DNA from: a virus
Taxonomy: Duplodnaviria; Caudoviricetes
DNA: 57,283 nucleotides
Direction: 5' to 3' (one strand)
Virus record (IMG/VR): IMGVR_UViG_3300017914_001352
Location: 1-57,283 of that record
Made by a program: the position numbers and the translations under genes. Below the pieces are notes generated by a model that worked only from the letters and a program-made list of their open reading frames with translations, had not been told where the DNA came from and ran no database searches. This document shows positions 44,678 to 54,984 of this stretch, in pieces (within the stretch, counting starts at the first letter, position 1; each line of letters starts with the position of its first letter).

Positions 44678-45976
44678 TTACTTTACTAGGTTTCCAAGTT
44701 GTCTGATGTAAGAATCAAATTCATCTACATCAGTAATTTGTTTTGTAACTCCACGCTCCTCGGTCTTAACTTGATAACTAATACCTCTATTGTTGGAATT
44801 ATTTGTTTGAATGTCTTGTATTGCTTCTTTATACTCTTCGCTGTTAGGAGATAAAGGCATACCACTCATGTCTGTAATTTGAGTTGTTTTTTCTTGAAGG
44901 TCAACCACTAGTGTTCCTGCCTTATGATAAAAACCCGTAACCCTTACAGTCTCTATTGGTCTTGAACCATTTACTTCCGCACCCTCTATCTTGAGTGTCA
45001 TAGGTGAAGCAAGTTGTTTCATTTCATAGTTTGTCCCATCAAGAGTCTGGGTGTATGTACCTGAAAATTTATTGGTTCTACTTCTAGAAACAGCCTCTGC
45101 TCGTCTTCTGTCATCTTCTGCTTTCATACCTACCATTGTCCCATTAGAAACTTCTAGGTATTCTTGTTTAGCAAGTTCCAAAAGTTTTGGGTTAGACCTT
45201 ACTTCCTCTGGTGACATTTCATGGTTTGCAGCGTAAGACTCAACAACACTTCTTCCAAGACCCTTTGGATCAGCCTGTACTTGTAAGTCAAAGAAGTCTC
45301 CAAACTCGCTCATCTTACCCGCGCTAATAAATGCACGACCCGTTCTTGCGCCAAAAGCTTGAGGTGTTTCAAAACGATAAGAGTCTACTGGGCTAAATAC
45401 TAGAGCAGTTTCTTGGCTCGGTTTATATCTTCCACTAAACACCGAAGAGTAGTTGCTAACTCCGTTTTGAGAGTCGATTATCTCAACCTGCATGGTTTCC
45501 TCGTTGTAACGAACATCGTCTAATGTACCCCACTTGTTATCAAAGCGTTCTTGCATTTGATCAGGGGTTTCTTGAAAGTTGTTTGAGTTGGCTTGACTTC
45601 TAATCAATGTTTGGTTATCAGAGGTGTATCCTCCACGAGCCACATCAAGGAACTGTTTACCTTGAGCAACAATAACATTTAGTCGATTGAGATTGTCTTG
45701 ACTCGGATCGTTTGACCAATTTTCTAGCTCTGTTTCATAGGCTTTCATAAAACCCTCTTGGAAGACACGCTTACTTTCGTCATCAAGGTTCATCATGTTA
45801 CCTTGCATAGAAGCAAACTGCCCCTCAATACGAGACACAATCTGATCACGGCGTTTCTGCTCTTGTTGTAGCAACGCTATATTTTGTTGTTGTGCTTGAA
45901 TATTACCACGAATACCCTCTATAGTGGCTTTAGAGGTAGCAGAAGAATAATCAAGTGGTTTTGTAACTAAACTCAT
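44678..45976 (-). CDS. Probable ejection (internal virion) protein
   Basis: Helical, Q-rich N-terminus; sits between the pilot-like gene and the giant gene. Confidence 0.55.
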   Translation of the reverse strand: MSLVTKPLDYSSATSKATIEGIRGNIQAQQQNIALLQQEQKRRDQIVSRIEGQFASMQGNMMNLDDESKRVFQEGFMKAYETELENWSNDPSQDNLNRLNVIVAQGKQFLDVARGGYTSDNQTLIRSQANSNNFQETPDQMQERFDNKWGTLDDVRYNEETMQVEIIDSQNGVSNYSSVFSGRYKPSQETALVFSPVDSYRFETPQAFGARTGRAFISAGKMSEFGDFFDLQVQADPKGLGRSVVESYAANHEMSPEEVRSNPKLLELAKQEYLEVSNGTMVGMKAEDDRRRAEAVSRSRTNKFSGTYTQTLDGTNYEMKQLASPMTLKIEGAEVNGSRPIETVRVTGFYHKAGTLVVDLQEKTTQITDMSGMPLSPNSEEYKEAIQDIQTNNSNNRGISYQVKTEERGVTKQITDVDEFDSYIRQLGNLVK

Positions 45977-46845
45977 CTGCGTCTTGCTTCTTTATCAAAT
46001 CGGTTGAGCAGTCCTATTACATATCTAGAAAGTGGAGACTTTTCTTTTTCGGCTAGTTCTCTAATCTTATCCGATTGCTCTGGGTTAAAAATATATTCAC
46101 CGCCTGTAGCCTCACCAACTTTCTTGCCGTCTTGAACTAGGTCTATAGGATTTGTGTCGTGGTCAAACTCACCCGGGGTCTTCATTCCTTCTTTAGCAAT
46201 TTTACCGCCATTTTCCTTTTTAAGTTTAGCAATCTCTAGAGCGTTTTTCATTTGCGCCTCTGCTAAAAGCCCTTGAGCAGCGGTTGCGCCAAAATTACTA
46301 ATCGCACCTGCTTGCATTTGTTTGCCTGCGTTGAAGGAAGCATCCGCTTGAGCAAGGTCGTTAAAGAACAAGTTGGCTTCGTTACCCACATTAAACTGTT
46401 CGGTACGGGCTTCGGCATCGGCTAGTGTTTTAAGAGCGTTTTGTATGTTCTTGCCCTTTTGTGCTTCAAGCCCATAGATGTCGGCAGTGTTTTGTCTTGC
46501 GGAAGTATTAAGACCACCTATAAGACCACGAGAACCACCGCCTTGTGACAATGTATCTACTGTTGTAGCAAAGTTGCTTTTAGCATTTTCAATAGCGAGG
46601 TTTTCCGCTTGATTTTCTTTGGCTAATTCAAATAGGTCAAAGTACGCCTCTGGGGTTTCCATTTTTGGAATACCCTGATTTCTTAATTCTTCTGATCTTT
46701 TTTCTGCATCTTTAGCAATACCCCTACCTTGAACATATTGTGCTATAGATGTTCCCGCTGATATTCCTAGTGCAGCAAGTGTAAATGGATCCATACCTAT
46801 TCCTGTTTTACTTGTTGATGTTGTATTTGGTGTGGGCGCAAACAT
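45973..46845 (-). CDS. Probable pilot/ejection protein
   Basis: MDPFTLAALGISAG hydrophobic segment, Ala/Gly/Gln-rich helices, ENGG tag, TPGEFDH..NPID...GEATGGEYI domain. Confidence 0.6.
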   Translation of the reverse strand: MFAPTPNTTSTSKTGIGMDPFTLAALGISAGTSIAQYVQGRGIAKDAEKRSEELRNQGIPKMETPEAYFDLFELAKENQAENLAIENAKSNFATTVDTLSQGGGSRGLIGGLNTSARQNTADIYGLEAQKGKNIQNALKTLADAEARTEQFNVGNEANLFFNDLAQADASFNAGKQMQAGAISNFGATAAQGLLAEAQMKNALEIAKLKKENGGKIAKEGMKTPGEFDHDTNPIDLVQDGKKVGEATGGEYIFNPEQSDKIRELAEKEKSPLSRYVIGLLNRFDKEARRR

Positions 46846-46869
46846 AATCTTCCTAATTTACAAAGTTAA

Positions 46870-49800
46870 TTATTTCTTTGCAACACTTGGTCGCCCTAAA
46901 CTGCTGTGAAGACTTTCATTATTAAAGTGCATATTCACGGCAAATAATTCTACTTTTGAGGAGTAGTGATCAGATTCAAAATCCATCTTACAGAAGTTGT
47001 CTCTCAACTGATCGCCCTCATCTTTAGCGGTGAGCTTAAGCACTACCACATCATCTTCCGAAAGTGCAGAAACATTCCCACTAGCAGTGAGTTTTTTTGA
47101 GGAGTCTACACTTGATAATGTTTGCGATAGGCTTGTAAGTGTACCGCTATTGTCATAATACAAATCCGCACCGATCGGGAGCGGTTGTGTATTGATTTTA
47201 TTCTTAAATGTTACACCCGTATTCGCCGAGTCAACAGAGTCTACTGTACCAACTACAATATAGTTAGCCGTAGAGTTTTGCGTATCTCTAGGCACGAATG
47301 CTACAAACTCTCGCTCACGCTCATCATAGTCCGCAGTAGCAATGGTGGTTTGCTGATCCGTAGTAGACAAGATAGCCGACCAAGACTTGTTACCCTCTAG
47401 GCTAATAGCATCATATGATTTTACAGAACTAGGGTCAATGTTAGCAACTACCGACAACTTTGCCGGGAAGTTTGTCCCATAGAACTTACCATAACTAGAG
47501 TTAGTACCATGTTCCCACAATACCTCTTGGTATGCACCACTTGTACCTCCACCATTAAACGACAAGAACTTATCGTTGATGTTTGCATATAGATCAGGCT
47601 TGAAGGAATAGAACGATGTCCACACCCCTCTTTTATGGTCATATGCTATGGTAAACGAAGTGAACGACCCACGGCTTTTTATTGTAAGAATGTACTCGTC
47701 ATTATCGGGGTCATACCCTGCAACGATGTCGTATTCCGTCTTACCTGTTTGTGCAAGATAAGAGGACAGTTCTTTATCAAAGAAGGCATCCATGCTCTTG
47801 TCACTAATCGGAGTAATACCATCACGAGATATGCGAATTACCTTTTGTGCCTTTACATCTACATAGTACATGACACCGAACCGCTCAACGATTCCACCAG
47901 GGTATCCACTCGAACCAAAGTTGCCTGCGTAATAAGATGCCGAACCTAATACATTATTACTAACAACAACATTGTTGTCTGAAAGGGTTTGTAAGAGGTT
48001 TCTATTGATAGGCGCAAATCCCACCTTGTGTTCTTGGAAGATGTACAGTCTATCGGTCTGATCAATTAGTTTATCGATCTTCCCATGACGAACATCATAA
48101 TCCATAAAGTTTGCCGTAGAAGGATTGAAAGACGAAAGGGTAAGCACACTACTATCCATTACATATGGATCAGAGTAAGTAATACTTGACCTACGGCGTA
48201 CTTCACGAGCATCCTCTAATATAGCATGAGGTCTACCTTTGCTCGTATAATCCGAGTCTAGGAAGTCGCTATATGAATCTGACTCTACATAGAGAGTGTC
48301 ATACTCAAAGTTAGCGTAGTCGTCTTCATCGTACTCGGAGTTTGCGGTGTCATATGGTGCTAGAAGTATTTCTCTAGGTTTAAAGTAAACATCACCTTGA
48401 ATTAGTTCTACCACAGGATATCCTCCATCGGTACTATCTCCTACATGCGCCCCACTTGTAATATCATACGATTCACCTATCTCGTAGTATACAGTATCAT
48501 TCTCAACTGTTTTTGGCGACACTATTTCTACAATAACTCGTTGACCCCAAATGTCATTACCCGTCTTTACATCGTCAAGGTTGAAGTCGTCAAGAGATTT
48601 TGTACCATAGTCCTCGTCTCGTATGACTACAAAGGTTGATGCTCGGTTTGGATTAACATCGGTATCGGTAGTAACAACTTCTTTTCTAATAACACCAAAG
48701 GTATATCCGTCTACATATTGTCGGTTTTGGCTACTATCATAATAAGAGATAACACGAAGGACATCTCCTTCTTTAAAGGTGTATTCTAAATCACTCTTTT
48801 TTTCTTTGTTATAGCTCTTATCTTTTCCTTCAAGAGGGAATAAATCAAGGTATATAAGATTGCCTTTGTAATGCGCCCCGGCTACACTATACTGTATAAA
48901 GTCTGAATACGTTTGATTACCTCCGTATACAACTTGATACTTCTTCGCCCACGATGGTGGGTTGTGTTTAATCTTAAGATTTACTTGTACAGCACCCTTG
49001 TTACTACCACGAGCAGTCTCTCCGTACCCAGCGACATACACGCCATCAATCTTTTGTACAAATGAAGACCTTCCCTTTTCATCGTAGTATACAATACCAA
49101 AGTTATGTATTGCACTTGATTTAAAAGAGGTAACACCCGCCTCGTATGCATAATTAAATGTAGCAGGTAAAGTAAATCCTGTTTTGCTAACATGATAAAT
49201 ATTGGCTACTGCAATAGATTGTGCTTGTGGCGTTCTCGTATCATGTCCCGAAGCGTTACCTCCGTTATATTGAATAACTCTTCTACTTTGAGCATCTACA
49301 CTAACCTTGGCTTGAAGTGTTGTTATGTCTAGGTCGATCTTTCTTTTCCCACTTACACTATAAGAAGTGTCTTCGTCAAACTCAATTACTACGCTAGGGA
49401 AGTCTAATCCAATTTCAATTGCATCGCCAACGGCAATTGAAGAAGGACTAGTGTCGGTTGTGACAGCGGTGATTACTGCATCTCTCCCAACAATTGATTC
49501 CGTATGAGAATAGGTGATGTCATCGGTAGATTCAAATTGACTTGCAATGTCATCTAAAATTTCATCCTTTGTCATCGTACTACCTAGAAGTATAGATGCA
49601 TCTAGAGTAATAGACTTACTAGCAAAAGGAACATCTATTGGGTAGTTAGTATCATTGTACTTACCGATACCAAAATCAAAGTTTAGATTAGAGTTTACGA
49701 AGTCATCGGTAAATAGATGTCCCGAAGAATTTTTACGCACCTTGATAATACCACCCGCTGTTGAAGTCAACACAACACGAATAGCAATAACTGCTCCTGC

Positions 49801-50991
49801 ATCATACGAGCTTTCCATTGATGTACCATCAAGCAAGATGTGTACTGGACCACCTGAAGAAGGGTTCTCAATACTAGCAGTAATAACCCCTGGGTCTTCT
49901 ACATCCCTGTATACTACCGAAGATTCTACATCGACCGATATATTGTCAAACCCCTCAATGTAGTCGCCATACATAAGGCGGTTGCCTGATATAGATTGGG
50001 CGTGTGCCTTGAGTGGAACATTGTCATATATTTTATCGACTTGAAGGTTTGATACGGCAGGGTAGGAACCATCGTTTCTAAATACAAATGTACCTGTAGA
50101 TGTAGACGGGTTATCTACCTCTCCAAGTTTATAGAATGTAACTGATCCCCCTTGTCGTGCAAGTATACGCACCTTCTCAACCTCCGAGTCCCCACTCGTA
50201 AAAGTCAAGGTAATCTTATTGTTGAAGATTACGAAGTTAGAATTGACAATCCCTTCCCCATATGTGTTGGGGTTGATTGCTAGTTTAGAATAAGTGGATA
50301 TAGCACTTACCTCTCCGTCTTTATAAATGTATTGATAAGCAAATTGGAAAGACTTCTTATCAACATTGTTTTGCTTGTAATTCGAGTCCGTAGAGTAATC
50401 GAATGTAATTGGTACGAGCGGTGGTGATTTGCATACCTCTAGGAACTCCTTACGCTCGTCATCGGTGTAATAGTCAACACCATCCGCATCACTCCATATA
50501 TCGCTCTTGTTAGCGACAACCCGATCTATATTTATTTTTCGTGGTGGATTGTGACCATCCGTAAAATATACAAGGGTTTCGTCTTGGTCATTAAATGTAA
50601 CATCCGCTTCGATCAGCGTGTCCGCTTGAAAGTTAAGTACACTACTTCTAAAGAGCAGTTCGTAGTCTGCGCTTTCGATATTATAACGATAAATACTATC
50701 GATACCTCCGTTTGTGTTTGGAGTCTTTGCACGAACAAAGTAGATAACCTCTTGCTTTTTAGGGATTGCTACTTGACCAACCACAGAGTATATTCCTTGC
50801 TCAACAACGAATTGATCCGCCCCGGCTTTTGCTCTAATATTAGAGTTCCCTTTAATAGTCTTGACAATACCAGCATCCCCATCATCATCTGCCGAGATGC
50901 GGATATTTTCTGCGTTTGTCATCTCAACTTGTTTGACGAGTTTTTCATCGTCCGACTTATTGAGATATTGTGGTACAATCTTGTTTATCAT
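46870..50991 (-). CDS. Tail nozzle / DNA stabilization protein (crAss muzzle-like)
   Basis: 1373 aa beta-rich; YFTDGHNPPRKINI, FQFAYQYIYKDGE, GNRLMYGDY, WTSFYSFKP. Confidence 0.75.
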   Translation of the reverse strand: MINKIVPQYLNKSDDEKLVKQVEMTNAENIRISADDDGDAGIVKTIKGNSNIRAKAGADQFVVEQGIYSVVGQVAIPKKQEVIYFVRAKTPNTNGGIDSIYRYNIESADYELLFRSSVLNFQADTLIEADVTFNDQDETLVYFTDGHNPPRKINIDRVVANKSDIWSDADGVDYYTDDERKEFLEVCKSPPLVPITFDYSTDSNYKQNNVDKKSFQFAYQYIYKDGEVSAISTYSKLAINPNTYGEGIVNSNFVIFNNKITLTFTSGDSEVEKVRILARQGGSVTFYKLGEVDNPSTSTGTFVFRNDGSYPAVSNLQVDKIYDNVPLKAHAQSISGNRLMYGDYIEGFDNISVDVESSVVYRDVEDPGVITASIENPSSGGPVHILLDGTSMESSYDAGAVIAIRVVLTSTAGGIIKVRKNSSGHLFTDDFVNSNLNFDFGIGKYNDTNYPIDVPFASKSITLDASILLGSTMTKDEILDDIASQFESTDDITYSHTESIVGRDAVITAVTTDTSPSSIAVGDAIEIGLDFPSVVIEFDEDTSYSVSGKRKIDLDITTLQAKVSVDAQSRRVIQYNGGNASGHDTRTPQAQSIAVANIYHVSKTGFTLPATFNYAYEAGVTSFKSSAIHNFGIVYYDEKGRSSFVQKIDGVYVAGYGETARGSNKGAVQVNLKIKHNPPSWAKKYQVVYGGNQTYSDFIQYSVAGAHYKGNLIYLDLFPLEGKDKSYNKEKKSDLEYTFKEGDVLRVISYYDSSQNRQYVDGYTFGVIRKEVVTTDTDVNPNRASTFVVIRDEDYGTKSLDDFNLDDVKTGNDIWGQRVIVEIVSPKTVENDTVYYEIGESYDITSGAHVGDSTDGGYPVVELIQGDVYFKPREILLAPYDTANSEYDEDDYANFEYDTLYVESDSYSDFLDSDYTSKGRPHAILEDAREVRRRSSITYSDPYVMDSSVLTLSSFNPSTANFMDYDVRHGKIDKLIDQTDRLYIFQEHKVGFAPINRNLLQTLSDNNVVVSNNVLGSASYYAGNFGSSGYPGGIVERFGVMYYVDVKAQKVIRISRDGITPISDKSMDAFFDKELSSYLAQTGKTEYDIVAGYDPDNDEYILTIKSRGSFTSFTIAYDHKRGVWTSFYSFKPDLYANINDKFLSFNGGGTSGAYQEVLWEHGTNSSYGKFYGTNFPAKLSVVANIDPSSVKSYDAISLEGNKSWSAILSTTDQQTTIATADYDEREREFVAFVPRDTQNSTANYIVVGTVDSVDSANTGVTFKNKINTQPLPIGADLYYDNSGTLTSLSQTLSSVDSSKKLTASGNVSALSEDDVVVLKLTAKDEGDQLRDNFCKMDFESDHYSSKVELFAVNMHFNNESLHSSLGRPSVAKK

Positions 50992-51818
50992 TAGAATTTA
51001 GGCGACTGCTTAAAGTTCTTACGAATAGTTTTAAGTGCTTCGTCTTTACCGAAGGCTTTCATTCTAGAATTAGCAAGTCTTCTTTCGTTGTAGTATTCTT
51101 GTCTTGCACGAGCTTTCTCTCCAAGAGGCACAGAAGATTTCTTCTCTATACTCTTTAAGTAGATGTACGACCTCAACGCCGACTCCATGAAAACATGAAC
51201 ACTAGGGTTTTTACTACGAGCTTCATCACAAACATATTCCATAACAACCTCGCTTACCTCATCCATAGCACTTAATTCAATGCGATTCTGATCAAGGTTA
51301 ATTCGGTACTCACCCGTATAAACACCACCACCTAGACCATATAGTCCACCCATGGTGTTTTCATACAAATAGTTTCTAAACACATAAGAGTCATAGCCAC
51401 GAAGACCATCATACTCTACACTAGGGCTATCGACATCTACCCGATCGTAGACCCCATCGCTATCACTATCGGTTGCATTGGCTGCGAGAAGGTCGCTACC
51501 AGAGGCAACATCATACTTTTGAGCAATATGTAAGTTTCTATTTTCACCATATACATATACGAGACCATCAGCACCGATAACACCGATTTTGATAAGGTCT
51601 ACATAATCATCGGGGAGTTCTACAGTCTCGTTGGTTTTATTGACCGATAGTTTCAATGAGCGGATACGCTTTGACATATCGAAGCCCATCTCTCGAATAC
51701 CACGCTTTGCATATGTGCGAATCAATGTGTCGGAAACATTGTTAGCATAGTCGTCACCTTCCATGGTAATAATGTAGTCCGAAACAATCTGATCTAGTGT
51801 TGTATAATTACGAGCCAT
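50991..51818 (-). CDS. Tail ring/adaptor (tail tubular) protein
   Basis: ELPDDYVDLIKIG motif; position. Confidence 0.7.
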   Translation of the reverse strand: MARNYTTLDQIVSDYIITMEGDDYANNVSDTLIRTYAKRGIREMGFDMSKRIRSLKLSVNKTNETVELPDDYVDLIKIGVIGADGLVYVYGENRNLHIAQKYDVASGSDLLAANATDSDSDGVYDRVDVDSPSVEYDGLRGYDSYVFRNYLYENTMGGLYGLGGGVYTGEYRINLDQNRIELSAMDEVSEVVMEYVCDEARSKNPSVHVFMESALRSYIYLKSIEKKSSVPLGEKARARQEYYNERRLANSRMKAFGKDEALKTIRKNFKQSPKF

Positions 51819-52558
51819 TATTTAGCCTTTTTTTGAAGTGTTTCTGCCTGACCATATCCATAGACATCCTTATCTCTTAAGTTGATACCTATTAGTTTAG
51901 CCAACTCATTCACTAGTTCTGGTACATAGTGATCGGGCAGTTCGAAGTCAATACTATTTGCAGCATCAAATACATGAACACCACTTGAAGTATTGTATTG
52001 GTAGTTAGGTAATGACGCAGATTTAGCCCCGGTGTTTGGAACAACACCTTGAGGGAACTTGTAATACGACAACCTAATTTTATTTATAGTTGAAGGGAAG
52101 ACCTCTATGTCGCTAGACACCAATGCAATAGGATGGTTATCACTAGGAGCCGACAAGTCGCTTTTGAGGATATGATCGATTTTCGATTCGTCATAAAGTA
52201 TCTCTACATTAGTACGAGTGCTTTGACCAAACAAAACTGCTCCACTAGTACTTACCCCAATAATATATAGCATATCATCGGGCTTTGAGAATACTCCGTT
52301 AGATTTTGAAATAGTTGATGTTTTAGAAAAAACCGATAGGTCTTCCTTTACATTGTTTATCTTGGAAAGATTCCGTGATGGGTCTATACGCCTTACCCTA
52401 TCCACAAGCCCCTTGCTTGAAGAAGCGTAGATATCTTTGAAGACATTGACCTGTGCGATTGCTGCAAAGTTGTTGAACACACTAGGTGTTACAAATCCCT
52501 TTTGCTCTTTATTCGCTAAATCTTTTAATGTATTATAAACGACATTGACACTAGCCAT
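51818..52558 (-). CDS. Tail ring/adaptor protein (likely start MASVNVVYNTL)
   Basis: ANKEQKGFVTPSVFN...AQ, DFELPD motifs; promoter at 52579-52586. Confidence 0.7.
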   Translation of the reverse strand: MASVNVVYNTLKDLANKEQKGFVTPSVFNNFAAIAQVNVFKDIYASSSKGLVDRVRRIDPSRNLSKINNVKEDLSVFSKTSTISKSNGVFSKPDDMLYIIGVSTSGAVLFGQSTRTNVEILYDESKIDHILKSDLSAPSDNHPIALVSSDIEVFPSTINKIRLSYYKFPQGVVPNTGAKSASLPNYQYNTSSGVHVFDAANSIDFELPDHYVPELVNELAKLIGINLRDKDVYGYGQAETLQKKAK

Positions 52559-52588
52559 ACCTGTGATATATTGTTTTACAAATATACC

Positions 52589-52619
52589 AAAAAGAAAGGG
52601 GCGGTATTGACCGCCCCCC
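52589..52619 (-). terminator. Intrinsic terminator abutting a TATATTTG promoter
   Basis: GGGGCGGT-CAAT-ACCGCCCC plus T-tract. Confidence 0.75.
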
Positions 52620-52675
52620 ATATAGCAGAAAGGTAATGCTAAAGTCTTTAAATGCTTTGTGTGAAATTATCTCTA

Positions 52676-53497
52676 CTATAATCTAGATACCTTTTGTTCA
52701 AGCTCACCAAAAACTATTGAGCCTTTGTCCGTAAGACAGAATTTAGACATCACATCGATACTATCTTGACCAACAGGTGTAGACACGATTAAGCGACCGC
52801 TATCAAACCAGTATGTACCATTCTCATCACACTTGATGATTTGATACATCTCGGCAGTTTTAACCACTGATCGTGTGCGTACCATTGGATTGTCAAATGA
52901 CCTAACAAAGTCTGATGGGTTCGATCGGGCTTGTTGTAACAAGTCAAAACGAATTTCACTAGAAGGACGATTGATTCCAATATTATAGAACAACGCTATC
53001 GGGAGTAGGTCTTCTATGTTTTTATCTCTAACTAATTGAATAGCATCGAGCAGTTGGAACTCGTTAGTCAACTCTTCTTGAGCAGACTTTTCGTTGTCAA
53101 TAACCGCAAAGCGACTTCCTCCGTTGGCTTCGTTGCCGGGATGACGCTCAAGGAATTCCATAAGGTTAGGCTTTGTGTAAGAGACATAAAGAAGTCCATC
53201 ATAGAACATGATGTGTTCTCTCTTTGCATATTCGCTTTGTTCGTCTCGCCAAATAGATTGCTCGTTTGGACAATAACGCATCTCACGAACTGTGTTTGTC
53301 TCTTCGTCAAAGATAGTCACACCATCTTGGGGTAGTGAGTATACTATACCACCGCCTTGTAGAACACGAAAAACTTTGTCTTTTTTCTCCCACTCCTTAT
53401 GAGGAATGCTTACAGATGGAGTTGATGTTTCAGTCAGATCGACTGTTGTATTTTTTTTAGGTCGCCCTGGACCTTTCTTTTGAGCAGTTGCTGCCAT
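52676..53497 (-). CDS. Conserved protein downstream of the major capsid gene
   Basis: REMRYCPNEQSIW, FLERHPGN; position typical of crAss-like genomes. Confidence 0.6.
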   Translation of the reverse strand: MAATAQKKGPGRPKKNTTVDLTETSTPSVSIPHKEWEKKDKVFRVLQGGGIVYSLPQDGVTIFDEETNTVREMRYCPNEQSIWRDEQSEYAKREHIMFYDGLLYVSYTKPNLMEFLERHPGNEANGGSRFAVIDNEKSAQEELTNEFQLLDAIQLVRDKNIEDLLPIALFYNIGINRPSSEIRFDLLQQARSNPSDFVRSFDNPMVRTRSVVKTAEMYQIIKCDENGTYWFDSGRLIVSTPVGQDSIDVMSKFCLTDKGSIVFGELEQKVSRL

Positions 53498-53528
53498 GAT
53501 TAAATAGAATTAAATTATACCAATAAAT

Positions 53529-53561
53529 AAAAAGATCAGGGAAGGTTGCCCTTCCCCGATC
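53529..53561 (-). terminator. Terminator after the major capsid gene
   Basis: ATCGGGGAAGG-GCAA-CCTTCCCTGAT plus T-tract. Confidence 0.75.
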
Positions 53562-53573
53562 CTATAGAGTTGA

Positions 53574-54959
53574 TTATGCAGTAATCAATGCGTGGCGGTT
53601 AGCACCACGAGTTACCAAACATACTTCAGAGCGGTAGTTGAACTGTGCAAAGTCATTTCCATCAGTACTAGCACCTAAAACAGAACCTGTAATCCAGTGT
53701 TCCATTTCACGAGAGTATCCGTTAGAAGCCTTGTAGTTCATCTCCAAAGATGGGTTGCGGTCACCAGTTTGTGGGTCAACCACAGTCGCTAGTGGAATAG
53801 CAGCACCTACATAGTGTTGTGAGCTATCTTCACCTGATAGGCTACCCAACAATGTTGGATCGTTCAACAATTTCCAATCATGCTTGTGGAATGTGTAACC
53901 ACCACGCTGGAACGATTTGAAACCTAACTGTACAGCCATGTCCTTATCGTTGTTGAATGCTCCGTATTGAGTTGCAATACCAGAAGTCAATGAAGAAGCG
54001 TTACCTTTAGCCAACAAGTCATCGATAGCCAAGTCTTGTGTGCGGTTAACATATAGAGCGTACTCTGCGTTAGCACCTTGCTTATCGAATTCTTTAACCA
54101 AAGAGTCAAATGAAGTCAATGCAGTCATAGCACCACCAGAGATGTTGATACCACGATCAGCGATTGCTGCGAAGTAACCTTCTGATCCAGAGATACCGCT
54201 CAAAGCAGAATCTGTAGAAGTTACTTTTTGACCCAACAACATCATCATTTCACGCTTGTCCATGAAACGCTGACGAGTGTCTGCCTCATTCTTCAAGTAC
54301 CAGCGGTAGTCTCCATTACCCAAGTTAATCCAACCAATGTTAGTTGCTTGAGAACCTGAAACTTTGTAGGTATCTTTCATAATCATGTACTCATTCGTAC
54401 GAAGCGTTACATTGCTTTCGAAGAAAGTACCTGGTTGATCAGTACCTTGTGCGTACAAGTTACCAACGATTGGGAAAGAACCTGAAGATGCTGGAGTACC
54501 ATCTAATGCATCCAAGTTAGCATCCAACAACGCCTTAACTGTGAAAGTCGAGCTATCAGCAGCAACGGCAGAAACATAAGCACGTTTGTTAGAACCCATC
54601 AAAAGGATGTCACCTACACGAACAACCAAGTTGTTAGAACCACCCTTTGCGATTGTTTGCGATTTTGCCGCAGCAACATCAGAAGAGATAGAGTACTTTT
54701 GTACAGTGTGAAGACGAGTCTCTTCCCACCATTGTACTTTGTCGTTAGTACCTGCTGCCTTAACGGCACCAGTCAACTTTAGGAAACCAGTAATACCTTG
54801 GTCACCAAAAGTTTTTACCAACAAGTCACGATTATCGGGCTTGTTGATTTCATCAATAAAGTCGCCCAACGCTGAATACTTGTCAATCGTTGCACGGCGA
54901 ATAGCACCCTGTCCTGGGCTGTCTGCATCACTATATGCACCTGAAATAGAAAAAGCCAT
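53574..54959 (-). CDS. Major capsid protein
   Basis: 461 aa after an acidic scaffold; VQWWEETRLH, MKDTYKVSGS, GFKSFQRGGYTFHKHDWKLLND; strong codon bias; own terminator. Confidence 0.85.
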   Translation of the reverse strand: MAFSISGAYSDADSPGQGAIRRATIDKYSALGDFIDEINKPDNRDLLVKTFGDQGITGFLKLTGAVKAAGTNDKVQWWEETRLHTVQKYSISSDVAAAKSQTIAKGGSNNLVVRVGDILLMGSNKRAYVSAVAADSSTFTVKALLDANLDALDGTPASSGSFPIVGNLYAQGTDQPGTFFESNVTLRTNEYMIMKDTYKVSGSQATNIGWINLGNGDYRWYLKNEADTRQRFMDKREMMMLLGQKVTSTDSALSGISGSEGYFAAIADRGINISGGAMTALTSFDSLVKEFDKQGANAEYALYVNRTQDLAIDDLLAKGNASSLTSGIATQYGAFNNDKDMAVQLGFKSFQRGGYTFHKHDWKLLNDPTLLGSLSGEDSSQHYVGAAIPLATVVDPQTGDRNPSLEMNYKASNGYSREMEHWITGSVLGASTDGNDFAQFNYRSEVCLVTRGANRHALITA

Positions 54960-54984
54960 GTTATATTATTTTAGCCTTAAACAA